Positions 1 to 12,632 of a DNA stretch of 64,000 nucleotides are shown here, one piece after another (the first letter of the stretch is position 1; the number at the start of each line of letters is the position of its first letter). A model generated the notes under the pieces. The model saw only the letters and a program-made list of their open reading frames with translations, did not search any database and had not been told where the DNA came from. The position numbers and the translations under genes were made by a program. The stretch is from Lama glama (taxonomy: Eukaryota). Location: positions 19,780,001 through 19,844,000 of the forward strand of contig CM052816.1 in NCBI GenBank assembly GCA_028534125.1, read 5' to 3'.

Positions 1-1269
1 AGAGACTAAGCCAGCAGCAGGAGCTCCCCAGAACTTCCCCACTCTTCTCCTATCTGAATAACCCCTGAAAGCAGGGGGCAGGTGGGATTCTCAGAGGCCC
101 ATCTGGAGAATTCCTGCCTCCCTGGACCAGAAAGGCACGAAAGGTGGCTATTGTTTTACTAATTCAACCCTAGTAGTAATTGGGAACCCCTGTAGATCTT
201 AAGAAGAGGGTGGGGTGGAAGAGTGGAGGAGTGGTCTCAGGGGCTCCCAGGGTCCTAGCACACTGCCTCCCACTTCCCAGTGCTCTTTTTCTCCTTTTAC
301 TGCAGTATAGTTGATTTTCCCAGTGCTCTTGAGCACATCCCTTCCACCCACTGAGCAGGGCTAGACCAGGAGGATACTGAGAGCCTCAAGAACAGCATCC
401 TCCCATGCCCACCTCACTCGCTGCCTTCGTTCCAGTCCTTACTGCATTCCTAGAGATACCTCCTTCCATCTCCAACCCTCCCCTATAGGGCCAAGGGAGG
501 GCACTAGGTTGGGGGGTGGGAATGGGAAGCTTTAGGTCTCAAAAGTGCACCCTCACCCCACACACACACACACCAAGGGAGAGTCCAGGGTAGGCCAGTT
601 CTTGGAGGAGGCGGGGAATCCTTTTTCAAATGCTAGGTTCTGCAGAAGACCTCCCTAGCGGCTGGCTAATGACAGCAGCCCAGGATTGCCCCTGTGGTGA
701 GGGTGAGGAGAGGAGGTAGGCAGACTCAGAGCAAAGATACCTTCCCTCAACCCATGCCAAGTGCCCGGCCCCAGAACTCTGAGCCTTCCCACCCTGGCAC
801 TGTTGGCCCCAAGAACTTCACATCTTGGCTATATAACCTTGGGACCTCCAGTTTCCTTATTATAATAGAAAAAATTAGAACTCTGGGCTAGTTTTAAGGA
901 TTAAAAAAGTAGTGTTCAGACCAGTGTCTGGCTACTCTGTGGGCTGCAGCACAAAGTTTCTCTTAAGAGGCAGATTCAAAACCCCCCTTTTTGGGCACTC
1001 AATGCCCTTGCAGCCTCGTTTGTGCCAAGGGTCTCTTCTGTACCTGGTGCAGTGCATTGAAAATGCAGAGAGAGCATTGAGACCCTAGGATGTGATTTTT
1101 CAGGGGCTGCAGGAGGCAAGATTGCATGTCCATTTTTCTACCCACCCTCCATGCTCTTCTCCACAGCTCTAGAGGCCATAAACACCTCTACCTGCCACAA
1201 GAAACATCCCTGGTCAAAGTAAGGAAGGCTTAAGGTGTTGGTGCATGTGAAATGAGCATAATAAGGAGT

Positions 1270-1780
1270 GGATGCCCCAACTGGATGATTCTGAGGACTC
1301 CATCCTTCACCTCTGTATCAGCAAATCCTGTCACCCTTGGCAAATCCAGTCTCCAAAATGTCCCAAATTTTACCGCTTCTTACTCCACTGCCATCACCCA
1401 GCTCTAAGCCACCACTGTTTCTCTCCTAGACAACTACCGAAACACCTTCCCTGCTCCCACCCTCGCCTATCATATTCCCTTCTCCTCAAAGCAGCCACTG
1501 GGACCTTTTATTAAAACTGCAGACTATGTTATTACCTGGCTTATGATCCTTGAAAGGCTGCTCCTCTCACTCAGATTGATGGGAACATTTTTACAACAGC
1601 TATAAGGCTATGAGAAGTGGCACCCCCACCACGTCCTCTCATTCATTCCATTCAGCGACACCGGTGTCATTTTGCAATGACTGTGCCCTCTTCAGGAATG
1701 CTCTTCCCCCATAGAGCCCTCCCTCTCCACAGGTCTCTCTTCCTGTCCCCTCTCCACTTCCGTTTCTTCTTTCTCCAGGA
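1270..1780 (+). mobile_element. Degraded L2 LINE 3' fragment
   Basis: L2-like motifs (atcagcaaatcctgt..., ctccactgccatcacc...agccaccac, tcaggaatgctcttccc). Confidence 0.55.
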
Positions 1781-1797
1781 CACTTATCACTACCCAC

Positions 1798-1886
1798 CTC
1801 TGAGGGTTTCTTTTCGTTCTGCCGGGGCCAGCCCGATTTGGTGTTGCTGGGCAGTTTGGAGCATCTTGATGCAGATGTAGCGTGAC
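1798..1886 (-). CDS. JADE2: JADE2 coding exon 3, 89 nt, (S)HATSASRCSKLPSNTKSGWPRQNEKKPSE
   Basis: Acceptor ctctctctgcag, donor GAG|GTGGGT. The phase matches exon 2 (A|GT = Ser) and the peptide matches recalled JADE2 residues ~20-51. Later exons are outside the window. Confidence 0.96.
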
Positions 1887-2289
1887 CTGCAGAGAGAGCA
1901 CAGCCCATTAGGGGCCCCCTGGAAGGCGTGGAACACCACCCAACCATCTCCAAGGAAAGGAAGTCTGTAAGTAAAGCTCTGCCTTGAATGTTCAGGAGGT
2001 GCCGACCTCTGTGAGCACCTGGTGGACTGTCCCTTCTCTGGGCCTCTTCAATGATGAATGGGGACATGAAACCTCCACTCATCAACCAGAAGAGGCTTGG
2101 GAGATAAAAGGCAGTTGGACAAGAACTTAGTATTAGTTTGCTGTGTAATTCATGACAAGTCCCTTACCCTCTCTGGTCCTCTGCTTCCTCCTTGGTAAAA
2201 GAGGGATATAATAAGTCTTCCATGGCCACTCTCCACCCCCACTGCAGAACAGACACTGGGATGATCTCCATTGAGTATACAGAGGCAAG

Positions 2290-2545
2290 ACAGGGCAGTG
2301 GGAAGAGTTCTGCTCTAAAGCAGACCCACAGACTGGGCTTGAGCCCTGGCTCGCCATTTACTATCTTGTTACCTTGGGTAAATGAGTCTCTCTGAGCCTC
2401 GGTTTGCTTTTCTATAAAATGAGGGTAAGAGAATAACTATCTTCAAAGAGTTGTTGTGAGAATTAAATGACATCACGCCTGTAAAGTCTAAGCACAATCC
2501 CTGGCACACAGCGCTGCCTCAATAAACATTACCTATTACCATGAG
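2290..2545 (+). mobile_element. MIR SINE
   Basis: MIR core: accttgggtaaatg...ctctgagcctcggtttgcttttctataaaatgagg...gttgtgagaattaaatga. Confidence 0.8.
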
Positions 2546-3429
2546 GGTCCAAAGGCCCTCACAGATTACACTCAGGGTGGCCTCCACCCCAACAGGTCAG
2601 AGGAGCAGCAGCCATGGGTGGGTAGTGGTAGGGACTGGTGGGAAGGGTGTTTGCCTCAGCCTGGCCCAACTCTGATGCAGATAACAGGGCTCAGCTGCCC
2701 AGATGCTCACCCTTGCAGGTACCTGGCCTTCAAGGGTTCCTTTGCCTGCAATAAACTTAGAAGCAGTGGATACAGTTCTTGGCTCTACTGAGACAGGCCA
2801 CGGGCAGTGTGGCTGCAGCCACAGAGGGCCAGATACTGTGATCTACTGCCACAGGGAGGAAGGGCTGGCCAGGTCAGATACCAGAGCCAAGTTGAGCAAA
2901 CAGACCCCAAGGGACAGTGAATGAAACCTGGAGGGAGGGAAGGGCTGGAACCTGACTTCTCATCCCAGCGCACATGTCCTCAGGCACTGGCGGGTTGTAG
3001 AACTCCTGAAGCTCTAAGGGGCCTTGGAGAGCTCCCTAATCCCAGCTGCTCACCACATATGTGAACAAACTGAGGTCTGTAGTTGCAGGGCTCCAGGCCC
3101 GGCCTCCCTGGCAGTGCAGTCTCTTCCTCAGCCTGGGCTTCCACCAGGGTGCACAGCTAGCTGGGATCTTCCTGGCAGTGTATCTCTCCTACACAGGGCA
3201 GAATGGAACTCTTTACTTCAACTGGCTCACACAGGCCTGGGTTCCTGGGGCATCTGAGAAGAGCTGCCTTCTAGTATCAGAGAAAAAACCCTGTTTTCTG
3301 ACACAAACTTCCCTTCTCTCCCCCCATTTTCTACATGACAATGTCCCCCACCCAGATATCCAACTGACACACCCAGCCCACACACAAATCTACCTGAGAT
3401 TTTATTGCCAAGATCCCATGAAAGTCAGA

Positions 3430-3860
3430 CTCCTTCATTTAATTTCTTCAGCAAACATTTACTCATCACCTATTATGTGCCTGATCTCGAGGGATACCGC
3501 AGTCAGCAAGACATGATCCCTCTTATCAAGGAGCTTACCAGTGGTTAGGAAATAATACTTGTCAGGTAATTATAATAAAAAGTGACAGGTTTTCTCTGTT
3601 ATGTGGACACTTCCATAGGACCCTGACTCAACAGGAGGGCCAGAAGGAAAGGGATGTGTTCCTGGTAGCCAGGAACAGCATATGCAAAGGCCCAGAGGGG
3701 AGTTCATTTGGTCCAACTGGAGCAAAACACATGGAGCTGAGAGCTAGAGGGTAGAAGGGAGTAGAGTGAAGAGGACAGAAAGGCCCTGGAGGCCATGTGG
3801 TTTGGTATGGGACTTTCTTAGGAGCAGAGGGACCTGGCCTGATTTATGCTTTCATCCACA
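3430..3860 (-). mobile_element. L2 3' fragment
   Basis: ttcatttaatttcttcagcaaacatttact...gaacagcatatgcaaaggcccagag. Confidence 0.55.
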
Positions 3861-3955
3861 TGGAGACCATGGGGCAGTGTCCCCCAAATCTGGGCCTGTG
3901 GACCTGATAATTATTCAAATGCTTTTCTGTAGAAGCCCCAAATGGAAGGCCTTAC

Positions 3956-4013
3956 TGTCAGTGGTGTCAGAGTTGTCGCTGCTGATGGAGTATTTTCGCC
4001 TCTTCTCTTCCAT
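3956..4013 (-). CDS. JADE2: JADE2 first constitutive coding exon (exon 2), 58 nt, MEEKRRKYSISSDNSDTTD + 1 nt
   Basis: Translation matches the recalled N-terminus of mammalian JADE2/PHF15. Acceptor ...ttttgttgcag directly precedes the ATG at 4013; donor A|GTAAG at 3955; phase 1. Confidence 0.96.
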
Positions 4014-5519
4014 CTGCAACAAAAGGCAGGCCCCATTATACTCACAGGCAGCTTGGGAAATCCTCAACCTCTCAGAAAATTGCCCCACACTCACCTTGCT
4101 GCAAAGAAAGAATGAGAACAAGACCATGCCCTAGTCTTCACCTCAGCCAGCCTCACCCTCTGCCCACCCCACCTGTTGGGACCCTGAGGGTGGGAGAGGG
4201 GGCCACATCTCCCACCTACTGAGCCCAGAGCCTCAGGCAAACAAGAGTCTGGTCAAAGACAACATAGAGGTTAGCAGCCCCAGAATGAGCAGTGACTAGG
4301 ACCCGCCCGGCCCAGCTTCCACTCAAGGAAACTCAGGCCCACCAGAGAATCCACTCCCACTTGCAAGTTACAAGTGGTGCCCTGCTGAGGAGGAAGGGCA
4401 GAGGAAATAAGACTTGTTCTTCCAGGAGGACTGGGTTATCTGAGCTGATGGTCAAGCCAGCCCAGACAGCACCGAGAACACATCCTGAAAGCAGTAGCCA
4501 GAGGGGTGTGGAAATCGGGTGGGGGCAGGCTTCAAGCTGGGTCCCTGAGACACACCAGGCCCAGGGTGACTGTTCTGAGCTGAGCTGCCCTCCCTCGCCA
4601 CAATGTCCTTTTTCAGATGAAAGTATGAACCAACTTTATCTCCACTACAGCATTTAACTTCAAGTTAATAAGGGCTACTTGCCCATACTGAGCTCTTTCC
4701 CCTACCCACGCTACCTTATGTTCCTAACAACCCGGTGAGTTGTGAGCTATTAGCTTTATTTACTGAGGAGGCTCTGTGCCTTGTTCTGCTAGTGACTGGC
4801 TGAACTAGGATTTGAATCCACGTGGTCTGATCCCTGAGCCCACACTGAGCTGCCTTTGTGCCCCTGTCAGCTCCTGCCTGTTGGAAGTGCTCTCCCACCC
4901 ACTACTTCCTCTAATCCTGCACAGTCCTGGGTGGCAGAGTCTGCTCTTGCCCCCTCTTGGAAAGGAGCACACCGAGTGGCTTGTTAACCCACCCAGGTCT
5001 CACAGCTAGTCAGTGGCCAAGTCCTAATATGAAAACAGACCTGGGGTTCGCGGCCCAGAGTGCTTTCTACCATGTTCCTGTCAGTCCGGAACCAGGGCTG
5101 CCTCACTGCCCACAGCAAGGGGCAAGTAGCAAGTGTCAGTAGGAATAAAGCCCTGCTGCCCATTCCAGCTGCAGGTCAGCCAGGCTCCCCACCCCTACTC
5201 GGAATCCCATCTGTCACCTGCTGACACCCCAAGTCTGCTCATGCTGAGCTGTGGGGTTTCCTTTATTATACTGTGACTCTGCAGAGACCAGGGAGCATTG
5301 ACTGTCTAAGGTAGGGTGTGACACCCAAAACTCTGAGGTGCCCAGGAGGACCCTCCTGCCTTGAACTCCACCTTAGCCAGGAGCTTCTCTCCACCCCCAT
5401 GTCCCCCAACAGCAGGATCAAGATGACAGGAAGGTTCACTGGAGCTGCTTGCTGCCCAGTTCCAAAGGTGCAGGCAAAGTGCTCTCTAGAGGGTGTGGAG
5501 ATACAGAGAGATGCCTGGT

Positions 5520-5665
5520 GGTGAGCAGCATGGATGCCGGGGAGTCAGGAACAATGAGGGCTAAAACTGCTAAGCAGTCATTGCTTAGGAAGGTGAGCAG
5601 CATGGATGCCGGGGAGTCAGGAACAATGAGGGCTAAAACTGCTAAGCAGTCATTGCTTAGGAAGG
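5520..5665. repeat. Perfect 72-bp tandem duplication (2 copies) in the JADE2 first intron
   Basis: 5520-5591 is identical to 5592-5663, with a 2-bp GG overhang. Confidence 0.95.
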
Positions 5666-7359
5666 AGGGTGTCCTGGTACACAGGAACCTCACTGAAGCC
5701 TCAGAACAGCCCTTTGGTGCTGGTGGGCATGACAGTTGCTTCCGTTTTGCAGGAAAGGAAAACGAGGCTCAGACCACAGTGCTTGTAAGAGGTCTATCTG
5801 ACTCAGGAGACCATGCTCCTGACCTTTAGACTTCCTTGCCTCTGTGCAGCAGAGTGCAAGCAGTCCAGTGGCTCAGGTCACAGACTGAATGGGGCAATAA
5901 TCCTCCACCATCAATAGCTGCCCAACCTCACTGTCCTCTGGGGTCTGAGTGCAACAAAGGTGACTTTAACAGAACTTTGACTCTAGCCTACATCTTGCCA
6001 ACCCAGCCCTGTCACAGGTGGGGTAGGAGTAGCAGGAGAGGTGCTATAAATGCACCCACCTGTTTTCTCCTGCAATCCTGTACATTAATTGCATTTCTCT
6101 TCATTTCCAGCAAAGAGGGCACTTTCAAGCCAGGCTATTCCAAAACATAAAAGCAGCAGCTTTGGATTCAAGGAGGCCAAGTTCAAATTCTAGCTTCACC
6201 CCTCACCAGACCAAGGACATTGGGAAAGACACATCTCCCAAAGGACACAGACTGGATTTGGAATTTTACATATATCTCCTGAACTTAAAATGCTGGCAAA
6301 TGATTCAGAATTTTTAAAACACTTTTGAGAGGGCCAAACTAAACACATCTGTGGGCCAGAATCAGCTGATCAGAGTAAGTGAGAGCAGTATAAAGCCCTT
6401 AGCACAGTGGTTGGCACTCCGTACGGATGCTAATTATTAATACAATGACAGACTCAGGCCAGGTGGACAGTCCTCCTGCCAACCCCCATATGAGAAGCTC
6501 CTCAGCAGGGTAGTGACCCTGTACAGTAAGGAAGGTCCCTACAACAGTACCTCTTGACTATCAATGCCCTTCTCATAATGCTATTTCCTGCTGCCCAGGA
6601 CCAGTGCCTGTCAGCCTATAGACCTGCACCCCATCCTCAGCCAGCTCCCCACCCAACTTGCCCTCCATGAAATACCCGAGAGTCCTCTTAGGTAGAGTGT
6701 TATTAAAGGAGCAGACTTAGTGGCGGTTTAATTGGAATAATAACTAGGCTTCAGAGGGAGCCACTATTTTGCTTCTTTCCTTTGAACCAAGTCTGTTCCA
6801 AGTCTGTCCCTACCTCAGGTGAACCTCTACTGTCAGTGGCTAATAAAGCCCCAAATGAGTCCTGGGCTCCCCCTGTGGGACAGCCCTTTGTCCCATGAAC
6901 CCCTCTCCAGCCCAGCAAGGAGATCAGGGAGGACACTTCTACCAAAGCTGAAATTCAGGGATGTACATGCAGATAGATGGGGCATGGGGGTGCTAAGACT
7001 TGATTTTGGCTTCTGGTTTTCCCCTTCCACTGGCTCCTCCAATCTCTCCCTAAGCCAAGGTCTGCTCTGGGAGAGTACCTCAAGTGTCACCAGGCACTTG
7101 CTTTTAGGGACAGAAAGTCCTCCTGAAACCCTACCTACAAAGGAAACTCTGGGAAAGAAAGGGTCCCCTTTTCCTACCAGTGGCATCGGCCCACTTGCAC
7201 TCCCACACCATTCCCCACATGGAGACACAGACAGCTCCTCTTTGGGATTGTGGGTGTCCCAGAGTCCCCTCAATGGAGCAGCAGCCCACAGCCTGGCTGT
7301 GCCTCCTCCACCCCACTGCCAACCTGTGACATGTCCAGGGGGTGCCCCCTCCAGAACAC

Positions 7360-8040
7360 ACCATGAATCCAGCCATCTTTCCCCTATCTCTACTGCTACC
7401 ACACTGGTCCGAGCCAGTCTCATTTCTTGCAGGACTCCTCATTTATCTTCCACTATCACTCCCTCATAATACAGGATCCACACAGCAGCCACAATGATCT
7501 TCAAAAAGCATAAATCAGATCATGTCGTGCCCTATTTAAAATCTTTCAAAGGCTTCCTGCTGATCAAAGGACAAAACTCAAACTTCCGACCATAAGACCC
7601 TACATGATCTGGCCCCTCCTTATTGCATATCAAGAACCATCCCCTTTCCTCACCATTTACCAGCCAAGTCGGCCTCCTTTCAGTTCCTAAAACAAGCCAA
7701 ATACTCCCTGCTTCAAGATCTGTGCACAAGTGTGCTTTCTGCCTGAAACGTTCTATGTAGTCTTGGCATGTCTGACTTTTCATCCATCAGGTTTCTGCTT
7801 AAATGTCACAGAGGTCTATGGCAATTGCCTTATCTACCAAAAGCCCACCACCCCGTTATTCTGCTTCTTCGGAGAATCCATCACAATTTGTGTGTTGATC
7901 TACCTGTTGAATGTCCTTCTCCTCGGGAATGTATGTTGCATCAGAGTAAAAAGCACAACTGTCCGGATCCCTGCCGGAGCCCCAGTGCCCCCTTGAGTTG
8001 TACCCAGCATGTAACAGGGGCTCAGCACAAATGGAGTGTG
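7360..8040 (+). mobile_element. L2 3' fragment
   Basis: ctactgctaccacactggtccgagcc...cacacagcagccacaatgatcttcaaaaagcataaatcagatcatgtc, a typical L2 3' region. Confidence 0.7.
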
Positions 8041-9269
8041 TTCTTGTCCCCTCCTGCTAGAAGTGTGGGGTCACACAGCCCAGGCGGCCTGCCCCCAGCT
8101 AGCAGGAGCAAACACCCCAGCCCAAGATTTCGTCCTGTTTGCATAGTCCGCCTTCCTCATCTTAACCTCACACATTTTCCAGGAGGCTTTATTTGGTTGG
8201 GCTCCTGGCTAATGATCAATGTCAACTCAGTAATAGGGCAGCAATTTGGTGGCAGATGTTTTCTTGGCATCACTAGCCAATGGTTTTAGTGGGGGCCTCG
8301 GGCCTGGACTTGAAACACCAATGCCAATGCCAGCCCCCTTTAAAAACCTCTCCGCAAATAAACTCAAATAAACACCCTGGGCCTCCATTAACGCCCTTCC
8401 AGCTGACCCTGGAAACAGTGGGCCTTTCAGGCCTGCTACTGCAGCAGCTCCCTGGGCAGTTAAAACACCCCAACCTGGCCTCCGGCCTCTCCTCTCTGGA
8501 GGCCACCAGGCCTGCCCTGCCCACCACCACACACAGCAGGATTTCATCTTCCTCCTTAAAAAGGGGGGGAAAGGGCTTTCAAGAAGGCAATTTACCATTC
8601 CAGACACAATCTTTCAAAAAGAAACAAAAACTCTCCCTGTCTGAGGCAGACCGCTAAGGCGTGTGTGTAATAAGATGCTAATACAATTTAATGATATTTC
8701 GGCTGGAAAACCTGTCCTTAGAGCCTGCTTGTGTCGGGAAGGCCAGACATTCAGAAAACAAGAGCTGCACGCTCTTAAACCGTTTTAAACGGGGGTCAGA
8801 GCCCCACTCTTTCCTATCTCTCATTAACTTTAATGCCTTCTCAGGGACAGTAACCACATGACAAAAATGATTTTGTACACACAAATCCTTAAACTTGCCT
8901 CTCCCAGGATGGGGGAACCTCCAACACCCATTACTGCCCACCTGCAATTTCAAGTGTCCCAGAGATAGGGGGCATCCAACTCCCCTAGACACACTGCCCT
9001 CCCCCACCCTCCAGACCCAGTTCTGGGGACATACCAAGGGGATCCTGGGAGACAGAAAGGGGCTTTGTCTATTTTGTCCTTCAGCACCTTCTCACCCTAC
9101 TCTCCACCTCAGAGAGGCCAAAGCTCAGTCTGCTGGCTCCCACAGATGGCTGCCCATTGGCAACTGCAGAGTTGTTCTGATTCCTTCTTCAGAGAAGGGA
9201 ACTGGCTCTCTGGTCTAGCCTAAAGGGGAGAGATCAAAGGTCAGCTGCATTTAGGTCCTACCCAGGTCA

Positions 9270-9490
9270 TTAATAATAATAGTAAGAATGGTTAATACTA
9301 ATCGAGTGCTTACCACATGCCTGACTTGGGGCGTAGTCATCTTTACCAACATAGTGCTTAATCCACACACCCATCAAGAGGTAGGTACTGTTATTGACCC
9401 CAGTTGCAGATGAAGAAACTGAGGCACAGAGCAACTGCTACAGCTGGTGGCTGCAAAGCCAGCATTCAAACCGAGACTGTCTGACATCAA
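9270..9490 (-). mobile_element. MIR SINE
   Basis: gagtgcttaccacatgcc...gtaggtactgttatt...cagatgaagaaactgaggcacagag. Confidence 0.75.
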
Positions 9491-12400
9491 ATAGTATACC
9501 CCACCCCAGGGCTACAATGTACAGTGCACAGGCCTACAACTCCAGAGTATGGCTGGGGTACTCCAGATTCCTATGGGGCATCTGAAAACCTTCCTGGGTT
9601 CCTAATCTTTGAGACACATGGTAAGGGTCCTGTGTGAACGACAGGGAGAGCCACAGGTAGTCCCCTCCTCAAAACTCTGACTTGGCCTCCCCTCAGAGAA
9701 CCTAAAGGGAAGACTGTGTGGTCACAAAGAACCTGCTGGATGAACTGTGAAGAATCTGAACTAGAAGTCTCTGACTTGGGTTTTGGGTATAAGACAAATA
9801 CTTTCCTGAACCTGGAACACCAATTAACCAGCATACCCTGCCCCCAACCTTAGCGATGTGGGAATCAATGCCCTCAAGACTAGGGGCAAGGGGGAATCTA
9901 GGAGCTGGGGATCAGCAGTCCCACCTCTCACCTGTCCATGAAAGCAAAGCAGATATTTCTGACAGCCTCATGGATCAGTGTTATTGGTCATTTAGCCAGG
10001 CAGTTTAGGGAAAGGAAACGCACACTGGATGGGAAATGTTCTGGAAACACTTGCTGCATCCTGAGCCTAAACAACTCTATCCTTAAACACTTCATCTCCA
10101 AAAGTGCTGGGGAGACCTTGGGCTAAACAGTTTCAAAACCAACATTCACTGCAAGTCTTGCTGCCTGGGGTGAGGACTTCCCTCGGCGAGGCATTTGCTG
10201 TGGAACCAAATGCTTTTCCACTCTAAACAACAGCCAACAGCACTTGGGACAACTGAGAGGCCTCCAGATCAAACAAACATTCCTTTTTTTCCCTACCATG
10301 CAAACTTTCTCAATAAATTATTCGCCCACTTCGGATCAAAGCCTGTTTTTGCAGCCTGTGACCTAAAAAGCAAATAGCATCTCTTAAACATGAAAGCCCT
10401 CCTCCCTGCCTGGGTTGGCTTTATTACTCATTCCTTCCCCTTACAGTTATTCTGTTGTTATTTTTCTCCTCTGCTTGTTAGATCATTCTACGAGTCCCAA
10501 CCCGCCTGAGGAAGATGGGACAGGAGGGATGGTGCCTTCACTTGGGGCCCTAAGGTGGGAGAGAAAGTCAGTGTAGGGGAGAAGCCAGCACCCTGCGAAC
10601 CCAGGAAACAGAGCCAGGCTGGGTTGGCAGCTCTCTGTCCAGCCCTTCTGCCAAATGCCCTACTGGGAATTTTACCAGTTAAGGGAGGGAGTAAATGCCA
10701 CCCTGGGAGGAGAGGCCAGGTGGCCCTACCACTACCCAGGCTCAGGACTCAGTTTGCAAACATAAGTGTTAAGGGGACCTCCTGACAGCCTGTCTAGACT
10801 CAAAGCTCAGGGCTCCTTTCCCTTGCAACCAAGGCAGGACAGCAGGTCAGCCATGCCCACTCAGCTCCTCCCCATTCCCCTTGGCACTGCTCAGAATCAT
10901 GATGCCTCCTGATGACCCCCTGCACACTCAGAACCTATATGAAACTTTGTCTTGGAATACTGCAGTAGATGGGAGGTGAAGGGGTGGGAGAGAATGCTAA
11001 GTGAGGTGACAAGGTTTGGAAAGCTGCAGAGACCAGAGGCGCCGGATGCAGCGTGCCCTTGGGACTGAGCAAAGGGAAACACACCCCTTCCCGCCCCCAT
11101 CAGCACAGGGCAAGAGACCTGCGGCCAAGGTGCTCAGGAAAAACGTCCCGGCCCGCAGTAGAGGCCAAGGAGACTGGAAAGGGGGTGGCACGCGCCTCCA
11201 GCCTGCCCCTAAAGGAAGTCCGCGGGACAGCAAGCTGGAGGCGCGCCGGCGTGATTCCGACCGCGGGAGCTGGGAGGAGGAGCCGGAGGTGGCTGCGGGG
11301 GGCTCCGGCCCAGGCGAAGGAAGGGCAAGAGGCGGTTCGGGCCCGGAGTGGCGCCGGGAGGTGGGCTTAACGCCTTGGGGGCTTAGGCGTAGCAGGTGGA
11401 GGCGGCGAAGCCCTTGGTGGGTGGCAGCTGTGTGTGGTGGGGGACAGGGTGTGTGTGCGGGGCTGGGGGGTTGTCCTGGGCCTCTAGAAGCTATAGTGAG
11501 ACAGGCATCCCCCTTTTCTGACATAACAGCTACGAATCACCAAGCTGACCCCCTCTCATCCCTTCGCCTGGAGAAGAGGGTGTCTCAGACCCCAGGGATA
11601 AGAGAGAAGGGACCGAAGGGAGCCACAAGTCGGCACCCAGGCGGGGAGGAGGCGGGCAGGAGCCGCTCCGCAGGCGCAGGCGAGTGGGTGGGAAGGAGGG
11701 AGGGAGAGAAGGAGGAAGGGAGGTGAAGCCGGGAAGATGCCACTGCCGGGGGCGGGGCGGGGCCGAGGATCCGGGAGAGGGACTGCAGCGGTGCTTGGTG
11801 GGGGCGGGGGCTGCAGTGTCACTCATATGGGGGTCAGGTGTATTTGTCCCAGGCCGGGGCCGCCACTTGCCTACACCTTCCCGGTATCACCAGGGCGTAG
11901 GGGCGGAGACGGTGGGCAGGGGACTGCAGAATCGTCCCTGGAGCGGGATGCGAACCGGCAGAGTTGGGAGAAGGTAAACAAGGGCCACGCCCCCTGCCGT
12001 CGCCCCGCGGGCGCGCACCCGCCGCTCCAGCAGCCGCCGGTACATTTCCACTCCCAGCGCTTCTCCCCCGCCGGACTCCCGCGCAGCCCTGGAGGGGGGG
12101 GCTGTCCCCGACCCCAGCCCGCGCCCCCCGCGCTGGGACTGCTCACCCTCCATACTCACCTGGAAAGGGCGTCCCCCAACCCTCCAAAAAACTGTGCTTA
12201 ATTTGTGCAGAGCCTCCGCGCCGGGGAGCTGAGCATGCTGCCCCCGCGTGCAGAGCCCGCGTGCACCCAGCCCGGAGAGGGGGCGACAGGGCGGAGGCGG
12301 TGGCCCCCGGAAGGTGTCTGGGACCGGACCCGCTGCACGTGAGCCCAGCGCGGGGTCATGTGCACCGGTTCAGCCCGGTTCGGCGCCCGGACGTGCTGCG

Positions 12401-12632
12401 TATCAACAAAATGAAACTCGGGAAGACAGGAGGGCAAATAGCTCCGGGTCCTCCAAAACCCCGTCTCCGGCCGCGCGACCTCCCCTCCGCACAGGTCTCC
12501 CGCTGCAGCCCCTCCACCCTGCCAGCCCGCGGGGCAAGTTGCAGCCCCGGCGCGCCCCCGCCCGCCCGCGCCCCCTCCCCGGCCCGGGGGCGCTTTGCCG
12601 CAGTCATTAATAAAGAAGGTCGCCAAGCTCAC

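Noticed and set aside
5520..5665. CRISPR-like array, or a coding repeat in ORF 5449-5829
   Set aside because: Only two contiguous copies, no spacers, and a mammalian intronic context; the ORF is open simply because 72 is a multiple of 3.
6819..7469. Overlapping 216-aa and 196-aa antiparallel ORFs in the JADE2 intron
   Set aside because: No recognisable protein similarity or convincing splice signals, and partly overlapping an L2 fragment.
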